A DNA stretch of 51,210 nt, filler included, from Sphacelaria rigidula (Eukaryota), in the NCBI GenBank assembly GCA_964200075.2. It is 3 parts of 3 records of this genome, joined end to end, with 100 filler letters (N's around TTAATTAATTAA, not from the genome) between each part and the next. Parts side by side here need not be neighbours in the genome. Positions count along the whole stretch, not along the records: positions 1 to 17,004 come from CAXNAA020001192.1; 2 more parts are not named here. One strand, given 5' to 3'. Numbering within the stretch: position 1 is the stretch's first letter; the number at the start of each line of letters is the position of its first letter. The notes below the pieces were generated by a model. It was not told where the DNA came from, did not search any database, and worked only from the letters and a program-made list of their open reading frames with translations. Below, one piece after another: positions 1 through 12,577 of the stretch. The position numbers were made by a program, and so were the translations under genes.

Positions 1-2661
1 ACACGTCATTGGGCACCATCGCTGAAAGTGTGGGGAAAACACTGTTGTAGGCTTGAACCTCATCTCGGAGTTAAAACCTCAATTCGCACAATTTGTTGTT
101 TTTTGTTGTTTGAGTGACGGACTTCCGCGAGTGCAGAAGCTTATAAAAGTCCGAGTAACACCTAAAATCGGGCTGCGCATCCAACTTTTCGTGTAACCGC
201 TCCGCCTCGCTTGTCTAAGTGATGCAGGAGACTCCAGCTACGTTTGATGTCACAAGTTCGTATGTCGACAGATGCCTTTTCATTCCCGCAGCATCTGATT
301 TCATCTTTGAGGTCATATCTCATCACAGCATGAAGTACACTTCAATTATTTGTAACAAAGTTGACAGAAAAATATCCAAAAAATCAGGATAAATTTTGAG
401 AAAATACCCTCCGGCATCTGAGGTCATTGGGACAGAGTGGGCAAGGAGCAGAAGCAGATATACGAACCCCGCAAAGCCCACCAGTCTTTTCGGTTCTAGT
501 CGGCATTTGGTCAATTTTTTGCGACAAAATTACCAGCAAAAATCAAAATAGTGTTGATTGATCAATTTCTTGCGACACAGTTGGCAGAAAAAACCGAAAA
601 AATCATGACAATTTTCGAAAAAATGCATTTCGGGATTGGGGGGGGGGAGGGGGCACGTGCCCAATTTTTGTCTCCGCGCTACCCCCTGTGCATACATATA
701 TAATTAAAACATCAATAGATACCACCAAACATATATATGTACATAAAGGCATATATACAAAACATCAACCCCGTCTTTTACTTCCTACACCTCACTAATT
801 CGCATCTGCACTCTTGAAAACATCAGCATCCCATGAATGCAGTACTCGTACTCACTGGTTAACCCAGACGTACTGTAGCCGCACCCTCAGCACCCGCGCA
901 AAGCACCATTATTGTTGCCTTTACATGAAAAACCGTTCCGATATCTGCGCGGTACATTCCTCCTGGGCATCTGATGCGGACGCCTTCTTTGGTCACAGCC
1001 TAGCTACGTGTAATAAGGGTATAAGAAAATAAAACGCAAAAACAAAACACACCCACATGAAAACTCACGAACCGCAATAGTACAAGCAAAACAGGAATAA
1101 ATAATAAAGAAGAAACAGAATAAATATGGCTAACCTCAGAAGATCCGGTGCCGCAGGTGGCCATTCGGACATCAGGGGGTGGCACCCGGCTTTCCAACTC
1201 GACGCGCGGGGCCAAGTAGAAATGAACACAGAGTCTGACTACGGGCGAAACTCAAGGTTCCAACACCAACCGAAGAACTACGAATCGCAAGGTTCCCTTG
1301 TTCGACCTCTCGAGGGACAGCCACACGTACAAGCATACCAGGCATATCGAGACAAGCACCACATGACATAACGACTCCCCTAATTGGGGGGGTTCACCCC
1401 TACCATTATGATATATATATATACATTTTTTTCGCGGTTACACTAACAAGAAGAAGGCTCAGACAGTTGCACCCCAATGGTGCGTGTGCGTGTTTCCCTC
1501 AGAGTGATGAGCACCGTCAAAATATAACAAGTGCAACGCAATTTTGCACGTGAATATAACCTTCGAACCATGTACGCAAACCGTGTAATCACACAAACAA
1601 GATGCCAGAGAACACAACAGTGACCATGACGCGGAGAAAATCACCGTTTACATAATTACGAGACACCACAACAGCGTTCTTTTTTTCCCTCCCCCCTCTT
1701 TCTTGCAGCGAGCCACTCGAAGAGCAATCGACCGTCACACTTGCTCGGGAAATAGGGAAGCGCCCATGTAATCGAAAGTGCAAATTTCACCAGCAAAATC
1801 TGCGGCCAACGGAAAACACGAAGGTGCCCTGAGATGGTCTCAAAGAGCAGAGCAAGTGATCTCAAGCTGTCAACATCCATCCGCCTAGCCCTCTTTTCGG
1901 GCATAAAACGACAGAGGAGGGCCAACAAGGCAGTTTCCCCCAAGGTTTTATTTTTACGCATGAGAACAGAGAGGCCTAAGAAGTAGAAATCCCAACTCTC
2001 CCCATTGAATAAATTCCTTTTCTCGTGCAAAGATGTGAAAACAATGAACTGAGAACACATTACTGGAAAAACACGGTTGTGTTCATCCAAGTGCAGACCA
2101 TACAACTTCATCCTGCATATGAATGGACCTCGAGAAACAACAGAAATCGTGGTTGAAGATTGAACACGAAAAGTAATAAGGCCGACACCTCCTTTCACGT
2201 TCACCCCCATCCATCACCGTCATACAGTTACCCTGTCTTTCCTCGTGAGAATCCGTGGTCTCAAAGGATCAACTTGTTCCTCCCCCCGTACCTGCCATGG
2301 ACATATTGCCGAGTACAAGACCACCAAACTCCTACGCCCCTCGACTTGAGCCTGGTGTTTTTTCATATCGTTATGCCTTTCATGACAGAAAACACACAAA
2401 AATAAGTCATCACTGCAGATCTTTTGGAGCCCACCACTCCGCCTACTCTGGCCGATGGTCATACTCCAAACTCCTCTCCTTCCTCCGGACGAACCGGTAG
2501 TCTGAAGGGCCAACCCCTCCCCGGTACATGTCCGGCATTTTGCTACCGCGGAGTAGATCAGCACTCCCGCTCCGCGTCGACCCTCGTCAAACATTCCCTG
2601 TTCTTGACGTCTTCACTTTCAACGGCTGGAACCGCATACTCCTGAAAACAAACAAGGTAAT

Positions 2662-2770
2662 CTGCTGGGATTCAAATCCTCAACTCCGCCCTGACCGGTT
2701 TCAAGGTGTACTAGTTAGACAGCCGAGGTGCAGAGGCGATGTAGTACCAGCTCGACCACTCGGGCGCGGC
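2662..2770 (-). mobile_element. Degenerate tRNA-derived SINE head
   Basis: Minus strand has an A-box-like TGGTCGAGCTGG and a B-box-like GATTTGAATCCC; no intact cloverleaf. Confidence 0.35.
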
Positions 2771-3177
2771 AGCATGCATAATGCACCGAGAATCCCAACT
2801 TTAATATCTGTACGTGATACCTGTACGTTGTCATTTGACTGACTTACCGTTTAAGGGCCGTCCTCAAACAACGAATTAAGCATGTCTTTCATTTTTAGGG
2901 GGAAAACGAATGAATCTCCTCGATTGATTATTTTTTCTTTTAGGAAGGAAAAGCCGCACGTTCTGCCGTTCACATGAAAAAACGGAGCAGAGACAACTTA
3001 ACCCATTGACCACGAGGGTAGGTAATCTGGTCATGCATTTCACTCTTCAAGTGAAAAATTATTTTGATTCAACAGATTACCTACAACTGCGAACAAAAAT
3101 AGACGTGAATCGCACCGTTTAGGCCAGTCCTACAGCCCCAAGTACACACCAGTAGATTTTGTTTTGCCCCGTTTATT

Positions 3178-3333
3178 TTAGCGCAGCGAAATTTTGAAGT
3201 CCACGGTGACATAGCTGGCCATGACGCCCGCCACCACACACACGAGAGCTCCCGCCGATCCCCAAATCGCCCACTTGACCCATTTGGGAATGTGACCGAG
3301 GAGCATGAATTTCAAGAACCTCTCATTTGATGG
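3178..3333 (-). CDS. ALDH3: ALDH3 terminal exon with transmembrane anchor
   Basis: CACTGAC branch-like site and CAG acceptor; WAIWGSAGALVCVVAGVMASYV hydrophobic helix; TAA stop. Confidence 0.85.
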   Translation of the reverse strand, partial: PSNERFLKFMLLGHIPKWVKWAIWGSAGALVCVVAGVMASYVTVDFKISLR

Positions 3334-6300
3334 CTGAATGTCCAAGTCAGTGCGACGGGTCAATTCACACACGAAAACGGAGAAACGATAGTTGAACGAG
3401 GTTCAAGGCGCGAGCGACGAACACAAAGAAAAAACACTCAGTCAATCACCCTCCGAATGCCTGGATGTCCAGATCAGACATTACACGTATACACCATCAT
3501 ACAGATGATGAATTGATTGAGAACATGTGCAAGGCACGAGCGACCGTGGTAAAGAGACAACGTGAAGCCGATCGCGCAGTTGGAGCCTGGATGTCTGAGT
3601 CAGTTCAAGCGCCCAAACGTTTGAGAATGATCGGCATATACTAGGCAAGTGCAAGCACACAGCACAGCACAACGCAACAAACAGCCACCGATCGATCACG
3701 ATCCACACACATGACAAAAACATTCGTACAGCTCATGAGTGATCGCAAACCGCTATATTAACGTAGAACCATGCTCAAGGTATCACGTTCCAGCAATTGT
3801 CATCTCTACGCTCACTACTCACTCGCTCTGCTTATGTTTCTCAGTCTACGGAGGAACGGCACATCTATCCGCTATGGTCTGTAACTTTGAGCGGGATCAA
3901 GGAACATGAGCATGCGATTCCTCCTCACTCAATTCTGTAGAAATCCCTCCACGCAGGAACGCGTTGGCCTAAAACCTCTTACAGAAACAGTTCAAATTTA
4001 TTGCCGAGATGGTGAACACATTTTTAAAATTCCTCTTTTTCATTTCCCTGGATCTCCTCGACCTTAGTGTTCACTCTTTGCTCCCTCTCCCCACTTTCCC
4101 CGTGGTTCGATTTTACATCAGCAAGTTTTCCGTCCATCTACCCTTGGGTGTACACCTATATTGTGCACACGAGAACGTAGTCATAGCAGGTCAGGCCATG
4201 TGCACCGTACCGTTCAATCCATCAACCAATTTAATCCCACCAATCGATAGTCTCGAAATTTGGATGACTCCCAGACCTCACTTATACCTGTCCCTACCCC
4301 AAGATTTTGAGAACGCGACCTACCCATGGAACATGGAACATGATGGAAAGCCAAACGTCGCACTAATTTTCTACATTTTCCGCTGAATCTCGCTCACACC
4401 GATCGTACTTGCATTTTACATCTGCCCTTGCCCAATGCACTGACCTGATATGGAGGGTACTTGATGAGGGGGTCGAAGTTGGGAGCTTGTATGCCTACGG
4501 TCTTACGGTGCGTGAAGGTGTCGAAGGCGGATTTGCCCCTGGCTCTGCCCATGCCGCTCTCCCCCTTGCCGGCCAAGCCCGTCTCTTCGAGGTTAATCCT
4601 GATCAACCGATTGAGACGGATGGGATTGCGCGTAGGAGTGCGTAGGACTTGAAACGTAGTTATCTCTGGGTGAGATACAGCAATTGTTGACAACATGGCC
4701 GAGATTGTTCTCCAGAAGGGGCCTGGGAAGTTGGTATGTGTTGAAAAGAAAAGAGAAACCCTGGACAGAGTCGTGACAAAACGTGAAGCGGATCCACGAT
4801 CAAGTTCTCATAAGTCACTTACTTGTCTTCCTTGGCCGGGTTTTAAATACTGCAGAACTCCAAAAGACTTCCAAATTTTTATACATAACGAGCATTAAAT
4901 GGATAAACAACGTTTCATGAGTCTCCTCGTCCAGTGGAACTTGATTCGATTGAGGGGTATATGCTTCGGCAGGGGAGGGGTAATTGGTCATCCTCGACGG
5001 GTGGTATCCACCATATCAAGGGAGCTGTCACCTACCGTTTGCCCGATTGTGAACTAAGTCGATGGCCCTGAATATAATAGTATATAATGGCAGCATTGAG
5101 ACAGTAAAACATGTCAAGTATTCATAGGCGGGAAATGGGGGGAGGAAACCTCTTCTCCCGGGAACATAGTCAACACATTCCACCCCGGCAATGTTTCCGT
5201 AGGGAGTGATATTAATCGTATAGGCCTGTAGCTTACCAATCGCGATGCCCGCTCACACTGGAGATAGATGCATCACAAGAGGAACAACGCCTTACCCTCA
5301 TGATTCATGAGTCCATCTGGTCCCACCTACGGGATGGACTGGTTTCGCCCTCCCACCCTCGAGCACGCTCAGGGGTATTGCCTGACGTTTTGGCCAGTGT
5401 CACACGAAGAACGGTGCTCCGAGGGATATGAAAGGTGTTGCTAGAACTGCTATGCCCTACTCTATTGTATACTCATGCCGACACTGGGCATGGAATGACT
5501 TCATCTCCTGCCGAAAAACGCTTCGGGGAATATCATCTACCGTGTTGGCTTACAACCTACGAGCGACGATGCCTGTCGGGACCGGAGGATGTCCCTAAAG
5601 CACTCACACCTTACACCGTTGATTTATGATCATCTCTCACATGAACACTACGGAGAAAAAATCGTGATATCCCCTTCTCAACAATGCTCAATAGGGGTGT
5701 TATCCGATAGTTTGGCCAGTGATGCAAGGAGAACGATGCCCCTGGGGACGAGAGAGGTGCTTCTACAACCGGTATGTCCTACTTAGTTAACTTATGATAA
5801 CTCGTCGCCCTTTACACCCGGAGATGGCACGATTTCCCCATCTCTTCAGATACACTTGGAAGACTATTATCTACTGTTTTGGCCCGTGACGTAAGGGTAG
5901 CGATGCCCGTCGGCACCGGTGAGGAAACACTAGAACGGTAATGTCCTACCATAAATAATTTCGGTAACCCCTCAAATTAAAACCCCGAGGACGAAATCGT
6001 GTCATCTCCCGTGTCAAAACGCTCATAGGGTGTCATTTCACATTCTGGCCCAAAGCGTCCGAGGGAAGATTCCACCGGGGATGGAATGGGTACCCCTAAA
6101 ACCGTAACGCTCCGCTATATTCATCTATGCTACCCCTTCACCGCTCTTACTCTCGGGATGGGGTCATTATGATCTCTTCCCCTCTCCATATACGCTCAAT
6201 ATGTGTCATCTGCCGTTCCTTGGCCATAACTCAAGAGTGACTAAACTGGTCGAACTCCATACATGGGATTTACTTGATCGAGATTTTTCAATAGGCCATC

Positions 6301-9300
6301 GGTTACCTTCACCCGAGAGTTTGAGTGTCGGCAGGTCGTACTCGCGACACATTTCCCAATCTTGTCTTGTCGGAGCGAGACGGAGTAAAACTCCGTTCAT
6401 CAAGGGGGTGCTTTTGACCAGATGTGGCCCCAGAAAACATGATTTTTTCGGCTGTACCACGAGGAATGTACCGAGATCATAGAAAAACCGAAGGCATAGA
6501 ATCGTTCATTACAACCTTCCAGCTCGTTTATTCGGTTGGGCGTAGATATCGTAGTGCGAGAACCGGGAGTCGCACACTGGTGGGACCCTCAGAGGTCGGT
6601 GAGCCCGTATCTCGTTCAAAGTTGGTCGTAGATAATAAACTTCCTCCGTCCCTCGAGTCTGTTCGTTTATGGGCGGTTGTTTGTTTGGGTGCAAGGTCAT
6701 AGTTGCGTTCTATAGGAATATGACACGCATACGAAGCTGATGAAAAAAAATACCTTGTTTTCACTATGTTACGAGCTGGGCTATCTTAAAAGCTGCTAAA
6801 ACTTGCTCACATCACAGCTTCCCCAGTTTCCCGAATGAACCCGATGTAAGCATATCACTGTGAAGTGTAGACCAACCTGGTGACAAACGGCACCGCCGCG
6901 GAATGAAAAAAATAAATGAAATAAATGTACTGCATACTGTATGGCCTTAACGACACACGAAAAAAAAAAGAGAATCTGTCGGTATTCGAACTCATGACCT
7001 TCACAATTGGAGTCTCCCATCACTTGACTGATGATTTGTAGGGGTGCAGCAGCGTCACGGAAAATGTTAAACGCACGGCCCAATTCGACAAGTCCTCAGC
7101 TGAAATTCCAGGGAGACCTTCTGCGCCCAAGGGACTGATACTTGACCAGTCCAGCTGCAGATTCTCTTTTTTTTTCCTGGACTAGGGCATTATCTTGTTT
7201 TTGCTGAAATTTGAAATGCCTATAACTTCTTATTCTTTATTTCATTTTTTGCTGGACCCGTGATCTTCTGCATTTTGATCATGAAAAGCTGCTGTCAAAA
7301 CTTCACGGTCCAACTCCTGATATCGCGCCGTGCATCGCCTGAGCGAGACTCACACGTACTCTTGGCCGGCCCAGCTTGTGCTAAAGTCAGGTCAGAATAT
7401 ACCCTATTTTGGCCTCTTTTTTTTTTAATATATTTCGAAAACTCGCGTTTAACATCTCACACCTAGCCCACAGACATCACAATACGATAGATTTTCCCCC
7501 GAGTAGCCCCCCCCCCTCGCCGAACGGGTGGCGAGCTACAATTGGGTCGCCGCTAGGCGATCACGATGGAGGTTGCGCTCGCTCTTCCACCGAGCAAGGT
7601 GAGGGTGCTCGAAGGCTCGCTGAGACCAATTTTTGCCGCCGAGAAAGGGGCAAAACACGGCCATTTGGGGGCTGGTTGATTTTTTTGCAGCCGTTGGGCC
7701 GCATATTTCAGCAGCAAGCTGGAAAGAAAGAAGATACGCTTCTAAAAATAACAGCGGAGATCAGATCGGACACGGGTAGGAGCTCGTACAACCATAACCG
7801 ACCAGACTTATGAGACAGAGGGGGTATATTTTCTAGAAATTCGTGTCGGATGCTCATGTCTCCGGATTCCCGAAGTTCGGGACCAAACAAAAACTATCAA
7901 GAGTCATGGACATCGAAAGACCTGAAAAAAACGATTTTAATTGCAAGTGTTATCAAAGTTGGACTACTATATATCCCAGCAAACGAGAGACGTATCACAA
8001 AATTCCTGCTGCTGATCAAAAAGCTAGTCGAGCGGATCATTGACTACATCCAGCCGTATTTTCCCGGAAATGCGTGAACAATGTGCTAGTCCCGTCGGCT
8101 GTAGCTGCGGGAACCTTCATCTGGCGTTTGCACGGGCTGGTATGACCCAACTCTCACAAAAGTTAGGTCTACCTGCGCTAATTTGATATCCTGGAGTCTA
8201 TTTTCGAATTGGGAAGTTTTGACTGTCCATTTGCGACACGTCGAATTTGACCCGTCACATGAAAAAAATGGTGGTCACGATTCACTTTTTGCTTTCCAAG
8301 TTCCCACCTCCGATTCGAAGTCTCCACCAAATTTCAATCGGACTACAGCTTTTTTTTACGTCATTCAAGTAAGAAATCCCGGTGCACGGCACTGGCCAAC
8401 GTGATCGTGGATCTGTCTCGTAACACAGTGCAACTTCATCCGGGTCGGGAGTGTGTTTCGCTCGACATTCAGCATATGAACCGTCTGCAGAAAAAGCTAT
8501 GTTACACACCATGGACAACAGAATACCCAGTCAAAAAGTGTACAGCATACAGTACCCACTATTGCGCCCATTGCAACAGACAATAGATTCCATACTGTAC
8601 GCACTACATTTTTTTTACAATATAATCTTTAAAATCACGGTGTGCCATGTTATATTCCGAGACAAGGCATGCGCGCCTGCAAGATAGACTGCGTCAGTAA
8701 CTTATGTTGTCGGTAACTATGGAGAAGACAAGATGAAGAAGATATTTGTCCTCATCGTCAGGACCGCCTTCCGAGGGCCGTTTGTGCAGATAGTTGATAC
8801 GAGGGGGTGGAGATCCCGTAAAAGTTATCACAGAGAAGAGGGTACACGTATCACTGTGTTATGAACGACAAGTAAGAGGGTACAGTTTCGGCTTTGCGGG
8901 TGCGCACGGCTGCGGTAAGGTAAAATTAAATGAGAAGAAGAAAAAAAAACACGACTCATTTCCGCAAACATCGGCGTCTCTGATCTAGGAATGATACGGG
9001 GAGGAGGGACATGGGGTGAAAGCTCCGTTTGGTGGACTGTAGTGAGAGGTGAGAACGTGCGTTTTTCTTTCTCGTTTTCCGGCACGGGTATCATATCCTT
9101 CCGTGAAACGAAAAATGAAAAAAGTTTGCGTGAAAACCATTACAAAGAGCTAGCAAGCTCAACGCACACAAAATTAAAGGCCACACACGCAGTGTATATA
9201 GTACATAAAAGTGCTGCTGCAAAAGTACTGAAAACGAGGATATTCAACACTCCTTTCAACACGAGATGCTAATACGCGAATTTGTGAGCGATGGGGTAGA

Positions 9301-12300
9301 CATGAGTAAGGGCACTCGCAACGAAAGATATTTGAAATGCACTCGGAACCACACACCTGTACACGATGCAACGCGTTGACATACAAAATCCGTATCGGCC
9401 TCTTCTTCGTCCGTTCCCAACGGAAAACTAAAGATCCGTTCACAATTTCAGCCTCAGAACCGTGTCAGTAGATAAAACCAGACCACGGAGGACATTCGTG
9501 GCGGACAAATGGGTCGAGAATCAAGGTATTTTGAACATCAGTGAGTAACTCTAATGAAAGGACCACCGAGAACGAAGGAAGAAAGGGAAAGGTGAGATGG
9601 GATGAGGAAGCAAAAAAATGAAAAGATTTGCAGAGGCGGCAGGCAGGGGAGGGGAAGAAAACGCTAAAAAAGGAAACTCACGAGTGAATGAGGCAATCGT
9701 TCACAGAAGCGCCGCCACATTCCACCTCCGCCAGCCATTTATCGCTGGTTTTCTTGTCTCGGGTGAAAATGTAAGACGCCAGCGGCGAGGGGCGCTCGTT
9801 CGTCATAGCAATCGCCTCCTCGATGGACTTGACCGTGATGACCGGCAGAAGCGGACCGAATATTTCCTCCTGAGGGCACACCATCACGCACGAGGTGGAG
9901 CCTTTGAATTCTCAACAGTAGAGCACACGCGTGTGTCGTTCAGCTCGTGAACCTTTTTCGATCGTTCGACCCGGTGCGTCCATCTGTTTTGATTCGGAGA
10001 AATCGTGAGCATCATTAAAATGAATCAACTGTTTGATAAATCATGTGGCTACATGGGGGCGTCTCAAGAGCGAGAGTGGACATACAAATACACAGTACAT
10101 CAAACCCAACTAGATGCATGTCAAATAACTCTTCTAGTAGTTTCCCGTGTTTTCCATCTTTCCTCCTAGTAGTTTTCCACGTGTGTGTGTGCTTGCCAAC
10201 TGTGCATGTGTACTGTACAGTATGTATGCATGTTTGCGGGTGATACCCACGCGACTGTCCTCGACACGCAGCCCAACGAGTGCCAACAGGCCTATCTGTA
10301 ATACAGTAGGTATCACCGTACAGGACAGTCCAGTGCCGTCCGTCCTGTAGAAAAACGTGTGCTCATGATATAAAATCGATCGCTACCCAACAGCGATCCC
10401 GCTTGGATTGAGATTCATGTCGCTTGAAAGGCCTACTCTCTGGCAGCTCTCAATACCGTGGGAGCTATGCAACCTAATGTATGTCGAGTGCTCCGTCACA
10501 GCCACGAATGGTGTTCAAATTGGGGAGCGGTAGGATGACAACTAAAAACAGATGGGCGAGTATCGTCTGCGCGTGCGGAGGGGGGGGGGTGGGGGTGGGG
10601 GTTGGGGTAAGGCACACACGTCGTCCGAGCGTTGCGTGTCCGACAGGCCTGTAGACATGCGCAAAGAACGCCCCAGTACACCCGTGCAGCAGCTTGCGCT
10701 TAGAAGTGCCCCTTCCTAGCTGAGCATGCCGCTCTTACTTTGACGGGAGTGCACCCGACAGTCCAAAGCAGACACCAAAAAGAGTGATGAATCGATTCAT
10801 AACTTTACTTGACCCTTTTGGAATCCATTGAGGTTTTTTGTTTCTGTGAATCGACTTCGTTTCCAGCCATTTTCAAGTCAAAATGATGCCGTTTCAAGAA
10901 AACAAGAATCGTCAATGAGTTCCGGAAGGGTTAAATAGGTAGTTCAGTCAAGAAATTAGGGGAACTATATCTCCGCTGAAACTTTATCAGCGTCATATAG
11001 AAGCATTTTGAAAAGGGGCGAAAAAAATCCAAAATAATAGCATTTACACACTACACAAACCTTTCTCCATGACTTCATTTCCTTGCCACCCTCCTCCCCT
11101 CCTCGGAACGAGTCCGTACTTCAAACAGTTTGACCCGTCTTTCTCACGACCCCCGCCTTGCACTTCACTATCGAGTGTTCCGTCAGCACTCCCGCAGACC
11201 GTCGACTTTTACGGGATTCTTTTTTGTAAACTCACAGCGTTCTCGCGTTTTCAGCGCCGTAAACCAATAGAAGAGCATTCACGTTCGGATCCAATGCGAC
11301 GACTCTGGCGATACAGGGCGATGATGGACAGTTAACCAGATCACCGGGTCCGAGGAGGCATGAGACAGAGAAAAAAAAAAGGGGCAGATCGGGGGAGGGC
11401 GTAACACACATATGCACGCACACGATACCTTCATGAGCTTGCTGTCCATGTGCGGATCCAGGACAACAGTCATGTCGATAAAACGGTCCGATTCCACCGT
11501 GTCCCCTCCCATGCACACCTAACGAACGCAGCAGAAGGTGGACGACGGAGAGGGGAGCGCGGGGGGTAGGCACCGAGACAAGAAAAAAAAAAAAGGAGGC
11601 AAAACAACGCAAGTGAAGGCTCCAAGAAATATTTGTTTGCTTTCCAGAACCAACTGCCCAAGATTTCAGAATGGGCTCCAATCTAGTTCATGTACATCTA
11701 TACCACGTGTCATTCTGTGTGTAAACTGAAGCAGTATCGTGTAACTACGCAAAAACTAAAAACCAAACGCGCCTCAAACCCCGTTTTCGCCTGGAGTTCT
11801 TCGGACACATTAATTGAAGGTATGTCTTGCACTGGTGCTTTCAAGGGCAGAACAAAAACGCATATTTTCCCTCTGAACAACCGACCTAAAAGAGGGGGAT
11901 TTCGCTCCATCCCTCGCTGTGCCAGTATTACAGCGGGAAACACCCGGTGCACAGAAAGCAGTCGCGATATTTGAGTTGATGCCGTCTCTTGATTGCTCTC
12001 GTACTTTTCGTAGTCAAAGGAAACGGTCATCTTTCAGGGATATCGCGACAGTGTTTATATATCTCCGGAAACGAAACAGTCCCGGTCGTGTTATGTAGGG
12101 TATAACAGGGGATTTTACAAATTGGGGATGGATTTCCATTGGGGATGACAACCCGGAGAATAAAAATTTTGGTATCTACACCAAATCTTTGGAACATGGT
12201 TCCATTTCTTCACTTGCTGGTAGCTATTGACAACTGCAGTAGTACACGCCACACAAATTTGGATTTCGATGACTGAAATGTCGGGGTCCTAGGTGAAAAA

Positions 12301-12542
12301 AACAAGATTAGGGTCCGATCGTATCACCTGAATCCCCCAAATTGGTCCTTCACCTGGGACCCCGACATTCCGGTTATCGAAATCCGAATTTGTGTGGCGT
12401 ATCCTGTACCAGTTGTCAACAGCTACCAGCAAGTGAAGGAATGGAACCATGTTTCGAAGACTTGGTGTGGATACGAAGATTTTAACTCTCCGGGTTTTCA
12501 TCCCCAACAAAATATCCATCCCCAATTGGTAAAATCCCGTGC

Positions 12543-12577
<35 letters not shown>

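Noticed and set aside
330..689. One end of a CAGGGGG-type TIR element (GCTACCCCCTG) with AT-rich subterminal repeats
   Set aside because: No partner terminus or TSD was found in the window.
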